64,000 nucleotides of DNA from Harriotta raleighana (Eukaryota), in assembly GCA_050575255.1 (NCBI GenBank), contig JBNZDD010013683.1, positions 1,462,191 to 1,526,190 of the forward strand. Direction: 5' to 3'. A program made the translations under genes and the position numbers. Below are positions 25,265-37,950 of this stretch, piece by piece; position 1 is the first letter of the stretch; each line of letters begins with the position of its first letter. Below the pieces are notes generated by a model. The model was given only the letters and a program-made list of their open reading frames with translations, made no database searches and had not been told where the DNA came from.

Positions 25265-26176
25265 ATATCCATACAAGTACTATATGGCAAAAATATCTTT
25301 GACTGCAGTGTCCAAGTTTACTCATGTTAACAATGGGGATTGTAAGTAAGTATCGTAAATACAAAGCCCATCCAAAAGTACTCATTGAAATGGCTAAACA
25401 TAAATTTTTTTGAGTGAAAGCTACAAAGCTACGAAAATGGCAATACTCCTTTAGGAAATACAATGGATACTGTATATTTTAACTGACTGATAAAATAATA
25501 GGAATATAGTAGTTACATTTCTACCTGTCACATAGCCAGAACCATCATTAATCAAAGAGATGTACTTAGGAATGTTTTAACGTTATTGTCGTGTTTAGCA
25601 TCATCTGTATTCAAATTTCATAACAGTATTTTAAAGAATAATTACTAGATCTAATTAGACACATTTAAGTACATTTGTATGAAACAGCTGGGGTGGTATT
25701 AGTGGTTGCCAGGGGGAAACCAGCAAGGAATGAGCTTTCAGTAATTGTAGAACTTTGATGGATTCTTAACTTAATTTGTATAACAGCATTTATTACTGCA
25801 TATATAAAAAAATTAATAGTGCCTAAAAAGACTCTGAGAAAAATAATGGTTATTATCTGATATAACAACAACTTTGATTTATGCAACGCCCTCTACGCTG
25901 GATGGCATCTCAGAGTGCTTCAATATTTAATGTTATAATGAATGCAAGGATTATTATTTAAGAATAGAAATGCTTGTTTATCCATTGATATAGATTTCAG
26001 TGTTGTCAGTGTTGGTAAAGCTCCCAATTTAGGTTATGTTCTCTGTCTGCAATTAACATTTAGTCAGTCTGTTTACTAGTGATAATCCAGAATTTTTTAA
26101 TGTTTCAATATGCATTGTGCTTACTGACAAAGTGACTAATCTTACAAATAGTTCATTAGTTTTAACATTGCATATC

Positions 26177-26525
26177 AGCCTGGCTCAGCCAGTAGCCAGC
26201 TTACCTCTGAGAAAGAGGATTGGGTACCCAAATCCCATATCAGGACTGAGCGCATATTCTTGTCTGACTCTTCAATGCACTGCTTGGGGAGTGCTGCATT
26301 GTTGGAGTCACTATTTTGGAACAGATTTTAAATCAAGATCGAATCTGCCTGTTTACCTGGATGTTAAAGAACCCATGGCAATACATGAAACAAAATAAGG
26401 AGTTTTTCCCAAAGTCCTGCTACAAATTGGCAGTCACAGTCTGCAACTATGCAGGCACTTTATAGAAAACTTTGTGAGGCACTTTTCAGGCATTATATCA
26501 AATGCAATTATCGTTATCATTATTG
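26177..26525 (+). mobile_element. Ancient DeuSINE (SacSINE1/AmnSINE1-like), diverged
   Basis: tRNA-like head tggctcagcc, then gtgctgcattgttggag and ggatgttaaagaacccatggca motifs recalled from the Deu domain, then the tatatcaaatgcaa tail. Confidence 0.6.
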
Positions 26526-28522
26526 TTTATAATCCATTTTGATTTATGTTACAGTTTTGAGATGTTGAATGTAGTTTGATGCAAGTGAGAGTTCTAAATA
26601 ATGGTAATTTACATGAAAGTGACATTGTGGGGTGTGGGGGGGATGAGAGAAAGTTTAATCATGTCTTTGTCGCCATTTGCTTCTAAGAATAATTTGGATT
26701 TTGGCAGAGCAGAGTGTTAAGAAAGGAACAGAAACACTTATGTAACACAGCAAGTAAAGGATATGCTTTTTATTAATACTGTATTCCGTGCCAAGATGTC
26801 TGGAACATCATTGAAATGCTTTTGCGGAGGATACTGCTCCCTGTCTACCACCTTTGTCAATTGTCTCACAATCAGCATTGCCAAATAATGCTTGGAACAA
26901 GTCTGCAACTGCAATTTTCAGTGCAGGTAATTGAGAAGCATAGTTCATGAACACTGCACTATTTAAACTCTTGCAACTCACATTGTTATGTTTAAGTGGT
27001 AAATAGATCACAAGTCTTGGATGGATCCAATCAACACTTTAGATCAATGTAACTCATTAGGTGTTTCTAAATAGTGCTATAATAACTTATCTCTCCACTC
27101 TCTGGTGCAATAACAAGTTTCCCCCTAAATAAATGGGCCTTTTGTGTGCAACTTGTTAATGATACACTCAGAGAAAATGAACATCAGATCAGAGTTTTTA
27201 AAGTATACTCCCAGTCGCTCTTTAAAATAATCACTGGGAATAGGCTCGTAGTGGAAAAATATATTTTCCACAGTAGATGGTGAGATGCATTAAGTGAAAT
27301 AAAGTCTCATTATTGCACTCCAGAGTGTTACAAACCCTATCATTCACAACTGAAATTACTTGTGCCTCTCTGATCACTGCCTTATAACAGTTAAATACAT
27401 GTATTTTACTGCAGTTGTAAAACATTTATAGTCTGTGTGCTGAATTCAAGTGGCACGATTGGCATCTCCTTGTGTAAAATGTCTCGGCAGTAAATTTGAT
27501 AATACATTCACGTCTTCTGATAGAGTTCAATGCTAGCTCAGCCTACAAATTAAATCCTTTGTCATACAAGGAGATTATTTTTGAGATGTTGCTCTGTTGC
27601 ATCTTGCGAAAGATGTCAAAGACGGGAATAAAGCAAAAGCCATCAACAATGAAGACAATTAAGTGCCTGAAAAGCAAGAAAAACAACTTGCAGCAAATTA
27701 TCCTATCTGTTGTGCCATGTGTCCCATGGTTACGCATGAGGAAGACATCAAGAACTCAATAACCCACAAGTAACCTGTGAAATAATCTGGGCATAATACC
27801 TTTTATTTTGATTTATTCCCTGGTTTGAGTAAGATTTTGCTTAATATATTCAGTATAGTTCAATCAAAAATGTGGTAGATTAAGGTGGGCTTCACCACAA
27901 AAAATGAAAACCACAAACAAATGAATCAGTCTATCCATCATGATATTTGTCTATGTAACTATATATAACGGGAACTAGCAGACCAAAGCAATTTCACATT
28001 TATACCCTATATATTTTTAACATTTCCAGACACTTGGAATCTGGTTTGTAGTAATATCAAGGTAAATTTCCCACATTGTATGGTATGTTACCATTGGCAG
28101 CAATTCAACATTCATTTTAAGAAACAAAACAGGCCAACCGCTGTTTCCTTTAACTATAAAACTCAGTGTCACTCGTTACGAAAACACCAATTGACTCGAA
28201 TACCACTCTAAGAGTGTATTTCTGAATAAAGTAAGATAGAATGGTAGCTCCACATTCTTGTGGATTCATAACTCTGGGAACTGTGACTATTGTGACCAAG
28301 GTATATTGTACTTGGATTAACTTTAAATCTATAGAATGCAAAATGTCCCGGTGCAGGATAGTCAAATCTTACTGCACAGGTCTAATCATTTAGATGTACA
28401 ATAGTACAGTGTTAGTTCAGCATGATACGCATTCAATCTCTTCTTTTTTTTGGCACTAAGTCTCTTAAGATGTATAAACTTGCAGTGATTAATAAATAGA
28501 TTTTGTTGAATTTTATCTGATG

Positions 28523-28833
28523 TGGAGTCCTGTAGCTCAATGGTTAGAGCACTCTTCTTACAAGAGTGAGACGTGTGTTTCGAATCCAGGCAAGGCAAAA
28601 CCTTGGGCAAATTTTTTTATACCTAATAATAATCCATTCCCCCCCCAAAAAAATTATAAATTTGTTATTTCAATCCACAACTGTTTGTGGGACACTTCTA
28701 TGCATAATTGGCTCTGGCGTTTCAACCACAAATATGCAATCAATTCACTTTACAGTATATTTTGTGAAGCACTTTGAGACGTCTAGAAGACGTGAAATGC
28801 TCTATATCAAATGCAAGGGTTATTTTTTATTAT
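28523..28833 (+). mobile_element. tRNA-derived Deu-domain SINE, full length
   Basis: tggagtcctgtagctcaatggttagagc...ttcgaatccaggc...tatatcaaatgcaagg. Confidence 0.9.
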
Positions 28834-29794
28834 AATTGATTTCATTGGTGTGTGTCCAGATCATAGTAAGATCAGCCTCTTTCAAAATAGCACTCTCTTC
28901 AATTGGCATTTTAAGATTCATTCATGTTTAAGTCCATTGTGTTTACAGACACCTTGATTGATTCCTTGTCATTTCAAATCCATTCATATAATGTTACTTT
29001 TGATATAGCTGTCCCCATAATGGTATTTGTATTTGCCAGTTCAATTGATTATTCCATTCAGAGATCTTCAGTTACTGTTTAAATGGGTCAGAGCAGCCAT
29101 TAGAAATTTCCAAAATTTCCTTTTTGTTTTCTAGTCCAGGATTAATGTGGTTAGAAGTAAAAACTTGACAAAGGAAGGCTTCTCTCTCCAGACACAAATC
29201 ATTGTAAAATCCATCATACAATCATTTTAATACAATAGTACACCATAAACTGCTGTTACGTAATACTCCAATGATAACTCTACCAGTTAGAAACATTCAA
29301 TACAATTGCATCAATCTGCAAAACATAATGTGAGATTTATTCTAATTAAACACTTAATTGTTTGATCTCAAGAAGCCATTCGCATTCTGCTGGTTATTTG
29401 TTAACAATGTCAGGTGTGTGTCCCCTGAGGAAGAATCTCTTGCTGATCAGAATTGTGTGTAACACAGCAAGTCAGGAACTGAAAGCTGCTATTTAATCTG
29501 TTATTTGTAACAACAGCTGGGATCCACTTAATGTATAGTTCAGCCATCCAATTGGCTTGGGTGTTGACGCATCAGTACAGCAGCAACAGCCTCATACCAT
29601 GTTGGAAGGGAGAACAACGTGAGGAAGGATCAAGGTGGGGGGTGGATAGGGAGAGAGAGACACACACACTCATACACACAAGAACAATAATAAGTGTACT
29701 TAATCTGAATGCTTTCAGCACTGTTATTTTAACTAGCAGTTGCAGGTAGTTTGCTAAACATTTGGAACTACATTTCCCTAACAAGCAGCAGTGG

Positions 29795-29979
29795 ATGGAC
29801 CTCTCAAAGACTGAGAATGGTCCTCTATCAGGACACTCCAGAGGGATTGCTATCAATCAGAAATCCGCACATCAGATTCTCAGTCAGTCGAGTGAGCAGC
29901 TGGAACGGAGAGAAAACTGTGAAACGCTGTGTGAATTACTTCAGCTTTCCACAATTCATGAGATTCCAGATCAAAGTTG
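29795..29979 (+). CDS. Candidate coding first exon (MDLSKTENG...STIHEIPDQS+TG), unidentified
   Basis: 61 codons open from ATG to TG|gtaaat with hydrophilic, protein-like composition. Upstream are ccaattgg (about 29548) and tgacgca (about 29565) motifs. Confidence 0.3.
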
Positions 29980-31559
29980 GTAAATCTCAACTGAAATCTT
30001 ACAATATTGAATGCTAACTGCCGAGTTATTCTGGGGAGAAACTATCCGAAGCTAAGAGTTTTACAATCCACAGAATAAAAAACGCTCTTTATTTGATGTC
30101 AAACAACCTAAATCATCTTATTTTCCCCATGTAATAAACAAGACCTAAAAATGTAATGGCGTGGAGGCTGCTACACAAGTGTAAGTTGTTGTTGCCAATA
30201 GACTCAGTTTGGAATGCTACCAATTAACCTTTGAAANGTAATGGCGTGGAGGCTGCTACACAAGTGTAAGTTGCTGTTGTTGCCAATAGACTCAGTTTGG
30301 AATGCTACCAATTAACCTTTGAAAATAAAATATCTTTACCTGGACTTAAATATATCATTAAATCATTTTATTCCAAAATTAAATGTATAATGAATGTAGG
30401 TCTCAATCTATTTTTAATTCAAATACTCAGTACAGATTGCAGTTCTCATGCAGTTCTCATTATTTAAGATACATAAAGAAGATGTCACTGCTCTATTTGT
30501 CAATACGTGGAATGCAGATTTTGTCCCCAGTTAAATTGCATAGNACATGCAGTTCTCATGCAGTTCTCATTATTTAAGATACATAAAGAAGATGTCACTG
30601 CTCTATTTGTCAATACGTGGAATGCAGATTTTGTCCCCAGTTAAATTGCATAGAAAGACACCTAGACTACGCAATCATAGCAGTAGCTTGTGTTTCACAA
30701 CACTTACAAGTTAATTAAGGTTGTGTTGAACTTTGACATTCTGTATACCGTAGTTAAAAGGAGAGATTTCCCACAATATTTCATTGATGGGATTTTAAAT
30801 TCCAGCCAGGTGCAACGTTAATTGCATTTTAACAGCTGTTTTTTGCTAACAGCCACTCTCATTTTAGACGAAAGTTTTAACAATCTGTGGGGAAAAACAT
30901 TTGTAATTTGCGCCTTTCACGTTCTCCAGATGTGAAAGGCGCAAAACCTGTGTAATTTTGTTGCTGTAATTCTTATGACTTTAAAAAGGAACTCACTGGA
31001 TGGCTTTTATACATCTGTCCGTTATAAGGTGTTTTTGGATAGATAAGTGTGGAAAAGTGGCCAAGCTAAGTCTACTTGTGATTCATTATCATTGCTTTTA
31101 TTGTGTTTTGTGATTCAAATGTCATACAGTCTCCAGGCAGAGAAGGCGAATAATGAACATAACTCAAAAGGGGCCCTAAATGCACAATGATTGGGTGGAT
31201 ATTGTACAGCAATGTTGTCTCCTGACGTTCCCCAATGCAGAATGTCAGCATAATATGTTGGTCATATCTGAGGTTCTGTACAAAAAGATATTGCAGCAAC
31301 AATCATACCTTGAATTATGCTTTGGCTTACAATATATAGATCCAATTGGCTTCTGTGGAAGTGACATGGCAGTCAATGAATATGCATAAAAGGGAAGATT
31401 AACTCATTCTTGGAGTCAATTAAAACTGGTAATTGCCAAATAGTGTATGCAAATAATCCATGATGACTGTAGAGTATCAATACTAATATAGGTTTGGCCT
31501 AAAGCCTATACTCATCCCTGAGGTTTAGTAAACAGATGTGTGCTGAACAACAATATGTT

Positions 31560-31920
31560 CAAACAAAAATCTCGGCATATCACAGTCCACTTTTTGTGGA
31601 GGTGTGGTATTTTCATTTCCATGATACACCAAGAGTGAGCACAACTGTTCAGCCTGATGCATATTCTCTGCATCATTTCAAGAGCAGTAGCAATTGATTT
31701 ATTTTTACTAAAATTATCTAAGAAGTTTCTTATGAAGTATAATTGCCAATATTTTGTTAAAGGATTTCCTTCAACTCCCCCACATATGTGCAAAATCAAA
31801 AGAATCATCGCACTGGCAACTGTACCTGTTTTTGTTCTGCACATATTATTGGCTTCCTTCCAATCAACTTCAGTGCTGAGCTCCTTGTAGAATGCAATAT
31901 AAATATCCACAAGCCCTCAA
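31560..31920 (-). mobile_element. Highly degraded CR1-like RT fragment
   Basis: VDIYIAFYKEL resembles VDVIYLDFxKAF, and GVEGNPL resembles GIxGNxL. Weak. Confidence 0.35.
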
Positions 31921-32613
31921 AACAAAACACCATCTATCAGTTTCTGCAGTGTGGCTCGCCTCTTCCCAGTTCTATCCATTCTTATGACCCTACTTAGCAA
32001 GGTTGCCTAAGTAGAGCTAATTGTTTTGACAATTCAAGTGAACTACAAAGCAGTTATTAAGACTCCCAAGTTAATAATGCTTGGTAATTTCTTCAACAAC
32101 ATGGAGTTCAGAAGGCAGACAAGTGAAGTTCCATCTTATTTTGAAGCCAGAAACTCTTTCATTATTTAAATTTGAAGGTAATACTGTATTGCCTTAAATC
32201 TAATCTGATGGTGTTTTCTGAATGCTTGTCAGTCTCGATGCACCCATGTGGTAATTCATTCAATATGCACATAGAATATGTCAGGTTTATTCAGATATGT
32301 CAGAAGTGCCTAACTTTGTTCCGCTCATTAGCAATGGATGGCTGAATCTTTTTAAATCCACACGAATCGTTTCTAGATTTCTTTCGTCTTCTATTGGCAT
32401 CCAATATGGTATTGTCAATCACCATGAAGAGGAAAGGCGACCAATATTCTGGAAGTTCAGCCTCCTGTTGTATGACTCGACTGAAACTGTCCCGTGTCAG
32501 GAAATTACATTTTAATTTGCAAACTTTCAACTAAAATAATAGTTTTAGAATACAAAGATATTGCAAACTTTAAACAGTCTCCAGAAGGAATAATAATAAT
32601 ATTCCATCCATTT

Positions 32614-32673
32614 AAGCGCTCTGAGATGCCGTCCGGCATGGACAGCGCTATATAAATCGAAGTTGTTGTTGTT
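32614..32673 (+). mobile_element. 3' tail of a third L2-type family ending in (GTT)n
   Basis: aagcgctctgagatgccgtccggcatggacagcgctatataaatcgaagttgttg, with minus-strand relatives at about 25864-25920 and 60627-60685. Confidence 0.7.
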
Positions 32674-32683
32674 CAGTTGTTGT

Positions 32684-32951
32684 TTTGATGCTTTTCACGA
32701 CTTTTAGACATCTCAAAGCACTTCACAGAATATACTGTAAAGTGAATTGACTGGATATTTCTGGGTGGAACAAAGAGTCTGGGTAAAGCACAGCAGCCAA
32801 TTGCACACAGCAGTGTTCCAAAAACAGTCGTGGTTCGAAATGACCAATTATTGTTGGATTCTTTTTCTTCAAGGATTAGTATCAGGTGTGTGGAATAAGG
32901 AAACTTGCCCAAGGTTTCGCCCTGCCTGGAATTGAACCTAGGTCTCTCACA
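32684..32951 (-). mobile_element. Deu-domain SINE
   Basis: Reverse complement of the family (aaggaaacttgcccaaggtttcgccctgcctgg; cagccaattgcacacagcag). Confidence 0.88.
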
Positions 32952-33715
32952 GATCACATGCACGATACACAATGGAATCCAGCTTTCTGAAACTATCACT
33001 TGTTTTTGAATCAGTTACACCCCATATATTTGGGGTCATGATACGTTTCACCACCCATAGGTGATTGATATTACGTAATATGGCCAAACTGCCTCATACC
33101 TCCACATGGGCCATTGCCTTGTGGGATGACTCATACCTCCCTCTCCATCTTATCATCGCTCTCCATGGGAATGAGAGGCAGAGTGGGAGGTATGATTCAT
33201 AAATAAATACAAAATGTGCTATGAATATAAACATAAATAAAGGTGCTATATCAATCCAAAATGAATGTAAACTGGTCTCCGTATCTTTCTAAATAGACCA
33301 CAGTAGTGTTATCTTGTGTTTAAATTGTGAAAAACAAAGTGCAAATTTGATTTATTTTTGTTTTTTGCTTGAATTATCTTTTCTGTACCTCATTCCCTGG
33401 GGTGTAATCAATAACAAGGAGATATAAACTCAGGCTTGTCATGCAAGGAGATAACATGGAATGCTTTGTGTTCAAGTGACTAGTTAAGCTAAAATCAGAA
33501 TAATATTACAGAGAAAAACTGCAAGTTTTTAAAGTGGAGCAATATAAAAGATAGAGGGAACTTGGATTTGGACATACAGTTCCAATGGAGTTAGTATCAG
33601 CATAAACTCAATATGTTTAATGGCCTCTTTATTTGCTATAACTTTTAAAATTCTGGACAAATAAATCTTCAAACCAATATATAGTATCTCACAAAGCCTA
33701 GACTATCCCTTATGC

Positions 33716-33752
33716 TCTCCCTTTCACTCTCTCTCTCTCTCTCTCTTTCTCT
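33716..33752. repeat. (CT)n microsatellite
   Basis: Directly visible. Confidence 0.9.
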
Positions 33753-36232
33753 GCCTTTTCCTTTTGACACAGCTCAGTTCTTTAAAATAATTGTAAATGA
33801 CTGCACAATTCTAATGGTCGGGTGTCAAATTTTAATCAAGTTACGTCCAACGCTCAGCAAAATGTGCCATGTTTCATTCTTTATTGTCCACTCTTTGACC
33901 ATACAACCCATGTTTGCGAAAGAAAATTAACTTTCTTTTCATATTAACTCCGATTAGTGGAATTATGACAGCGACACTGGTTTTAATCCTGCTCACAATT
34001 ATGCATTAATTCTAAAGAATGATGTCTCCCAAGTCATAGTTGAAACACAATAGTTGGGTTACTATTTATTGTTACGCAAAAGTAATGCAATGTTGCATCT
34101 ATCAGAACACAGGTTACTATCAACCTCTCTATTCAAATGTTTCCAAAGTATTTTGGAAATTGGGGATTACTTCTCAATTATGGGTTTGTAAAAGAGGCTG
34201 GAAGGAAAATCATCATTCCTTTCAATGAGGAAACCGTTTTCTCTCTTATTCAACATGTAAACAAATGCTGCAAGAATTAGACATCTGTGAATGTAAACAT
34301 AATCACTATTTTAGTCTTTTTTTAAGATTGTCAGATCCTTTCTTTCCTGATTGCATTCGCAACATTTCAAAGTGCTTCAATCACAAGCTTGGTTTGGATG
34401 AAGAAAGCCTTTTAACCTACCTGATCTCATCTCTCCAGAGTACCCACCTTATGGATTTTAATTGAACTCCCGAAGGAGGCTTGTAGCTATCTATAAGAAA
34501 TAGATTAACATAGAAAATGATTAATATGAACTTTCTGCAAGCCATCAAACACTTATCAAATCTTGAGTCTTGGGGAAGGCCAATGGAATGTTAAATGAAC
34601 ATTAGTAATTTGGCACAAGATGAAAATAAATAAGGATGGTTAATATTGAAAAGCTTTATTCTAATTTTACCCTTATTATTTGTATCAATTCTAAAAGTGC
34701 TTGATAGTGACAGGGGGTGGGAATGTTTCAATCCCTTGACATTTGCATCCATCATATTGTTAAGCGAAAGCAAAGCAAAGTCGCTCATTTAAGAAACTCT
34801 CTGATCACCTCAATGGTCTAAAGCAAACTAATAAACAACCCGGTTGACAGGCACCAAGAAGCTATAATTTATTGTTCAATGTGAGTAACATATAGTGCAA
34901 AATGAAACTTTAGAAGAGTTGATGCAGTTTGCATGTAGTGAAAGAAAATTGTTTCTTATTGCTTTCTTGAAAGGCAAACAAAACATTTGATCATTTACGA
35001 GATTCATGTTCATAAGAGCAATTGGACATAAGGTAAAATAACAAAAATGTCAGTGAATTATGACTATGAGTCCACATTTAAGTTTTGTGTGTGCCTATCC
35101 TTGAATAGTATGCCCCTTGCTTACCTTGACTTACCATTCAAATTACAATGTATTGAATTTCTATTTGTAGTAATGAAAATTTTCCCCTGATCTCCACAGG
35201 CTGAAGGGTAAAATAAATTACACTCACTAATAAAAAATAGACATCAAATACATTATTGATCCTTTGAAATATGAATATTTAATATTCAGAGTAGGAAATT
35301 TAACAATGTTTTCCATAAAAATGAAGACACAAGCAAATCACAGAATATCACAGTTGAATTTTGATATTTATTTGGCAGGTCAATATCACAGAACATATAA
35401 TTGAACACAGAACTTTACTATAATAAATGCCAGGAGTATTGTAATTGTTTGAATTTTAGTCTTCAGTTTACCCCCGATAGTCTACCAGGGAATACAAAAC
35501 GATGCCCTAAAATCTATAGCATCGAAACATGTGATTTTAATCATATCAATACAACCAGTTTGTCTGAAAGCTTACATGTTCCATTCATCTTTCTGTCAAT
35601 GACCTATTATCTTCAGGAAACACAGTAACTACTTTCTCCTACACATTTTTGGTTACAATTTGGAAAGAGACTCATCATCTGTTTGGAAACTTATAAAACA
35701 TCGATATTCTCAATGGTACATCAATGACTATATTGTTTGACATTATATAATACTAAATGTGGTATAAAATCAAATCTTGATATTGATGGTAAGTTCATTT
35801 AGAAGTTTGTAATGAAGAACATCCTAAGGTCAATGTAAAATCAATGTGGTTTAGTATATTAAAGAAAATAATAATCCATGGTCAATTTCACACATAAAGA
35901 TTTATTGGCAATATTTCTACTCGCCAGACCGACAATACAGCGCATCTATCACTGCATATGATGGGTTTCATCAGCTCTTAGATGGAGCAAAGGAGAAAAG
36001 CAAAGCTTTTACCAATGATGTGAAACACCAGAGCTTGGGTATCATCACTACAAAGTTTGAAATTTACTGAGCTATTCTATTCTTCACCTTGCAACAGATT
36101 GGCAAGGATGAATGAATGAACATTGGTAGTGATTGCATTTTACATTATTTTGAATTGGAATGAACTGAATTATGAATTGTACTTCTTTTTAGTCAGTGTT
36201 TAGTTATCAGACAAGATACATATTGCACCCAT

Positions 36233-36328
36233 ATTGGAACTATACTCGGTGACAGAACCCTGTTTTGCTTCAAACATTAGGGTAGATGGTGATGTTGTCA
36301 CTGCCAATTTAAGTGGTAACAGTCACGA
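36233..36328. repeat. 96-bp dispersed direct repeat, copy 1
   Basis: Aligns ungapped to 37509-37604 with 7 mismatches. Confidence 0.95.
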
Positions 36329-37508
36329 GTCTTACTCTTTTTTTTTAAAGCACCCGATTCATTTGAACGTTGTATTCCTTCTTGTGTTGCTAAACAATAT
36401 GGTAAAAAAAAGTTGAAATGATAACAGCATAGATGACTCCCGAGACAGTTGAAGGCAAAACGCCATGTGAATAAATGCAATAAAGAACCCCATTGCGTCA
36501 TTTATGTCAATTGTTGATGTATTCCTTGAGTTCTTGCAGCTCACTGACACTGTAGTTCAATTAGACTCGAGAACAAAGAAATAGTTAACCAATGAAATAA
36601 TGAGAAGAGGTAGGCAACTCATTGCAAACCAATGACAATCAAAACATGTCAAATTGGAGAGTTTTTCATACATCTGCTATATTATAAGAATTCCCAGGGA
36701 AAGTTTTCTCATTATTTTTGTTCAAAAACTCAAGAGGATGCACGTTGTTTTTCAAATTTAAAAAAAATTCTCTTTGGATTCGAGATGTTTTGTGAAGCAT
36801 TGGCTTGAATGCAGTTCTCTTTTTCCTGTATGATTGATGTGTTGAGTTTCCTACTTTAAAAAAAAATTGGGAAAATAGCTAAGTGCTAAAAAAAAAGTTC
36901 TAATTAAGCCATGGTGTTTTCTGTTTGGTTCGGATGATTTTCGGTGGGGAGCAAAAAGAACACTTTTGAAAATGTGTCACAGGAAATGCATGAAAATAAG
37001 TCAGGCCAACAAAAATTGCAGCCTTGGGAATTTGATTGTTTTTGTTCTCTTTGCCTTGCTGCTCAGGGTGTGAAGCAGTAATCTGTAACAATGGATTAAT
37101 GTCCAAATATTGCAAAGGAGACAAACCATTTTCACTGCAGTTACTTATACCAATAATATCACTGTACATGGTTATGCAAAGAGACAGTTGGCTTTAATTC
37201 CAATTTGTGGAGGGAAATAAAAAGGAACTTGAACAGTCAGAGCAATACTTCATAAGTGCAGATGATGTGTGCTCTGGCATGAGATACTGACAGTGACCTG
37301 TGGTGAATAAATTGATAACTTAAAGTGTTTGTTATGCCAGGCTGCATTTTTTTTCACATTCGAGTAAAATTGACGCATCCGAAGCCCTACATTTTAAATT
37401 CTGTCAGCAGAATTTCCTGGAACCTCACAAAGAATCATTCTTACACTTCCTAATATAAATGGGTCTCAGACTTAATAGCACAGTAGATGGATCTGCATCC
37501 TCCTCTGA

Positions 37509-37604
37509 ATTGGAACCATACTCGGTGACTGAACCTTGTTTTACTTCAAACATTAGGGTAGATGGTGATGTTGTCATTGCCAATTTAAGTGATAACAGTC
37601 ATGA
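37509..37604. repeat. 96-bp dispersed direct repeat, copy 2
   Basis: Aligns ungapped to 36233-36328 with 7 mismatches. Confidence 0.95.
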
Positions 37605-37704
37605 TAATGTCAAAAACTGCTATACAATTCAACCCAAATTTCAATCCTAGTTTGTTTCATGAATCCTGCAGGAGTGAAAGATACCCTCCTTAAATATATA
37701 CCTT

Positions 37705-37774
37705 GTCCAGCGCCTTGGGACATCGTCCCAACGTGAAAGGCACTATATAAATGTCATTTTTATGTTGTTATTGT
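37705..37774 (+). mobile_element. Isolated L2 3' tail
   Basis: gtccagcgccttgggacatcgtcccaacgtgaaaggcactatataaatgt...(gtt)n. Confidence 0.8.
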
Positions 37775-37869
37775 TCACGAATTTGAAGAGATTGACCATT
37801 TTATCTTCTAAAAGTTGTTGATAATGATGCAGTTTGGAGAAAATCTTGGACTGGCTAACAATACCCAGA

Positions 37870-37950
37870 TATCATAGAATCGTAGAACTATACAGCACAG
37901 AAGATTTGGCCCATCGTGTCTGTGCCGGCTGTTTGAAAAGAGCTGTCCAA
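37870..37950 (-). mobile_element. CR1-type 3' end with octamer tail
   Basis: Minus strand ends ttctgtgctgtatagttctacgattctatgat, the (ATTCTATG)n-type terminus of CR1. Confidence 0.75.

Noticed and set aside
30153-30653. Two tandem duplications (30153-30324, N at 30237; 30438-30653, N at 30544)
   Set aside because: Same single-N overlap signature. Assembly artefact, not a repeat array.
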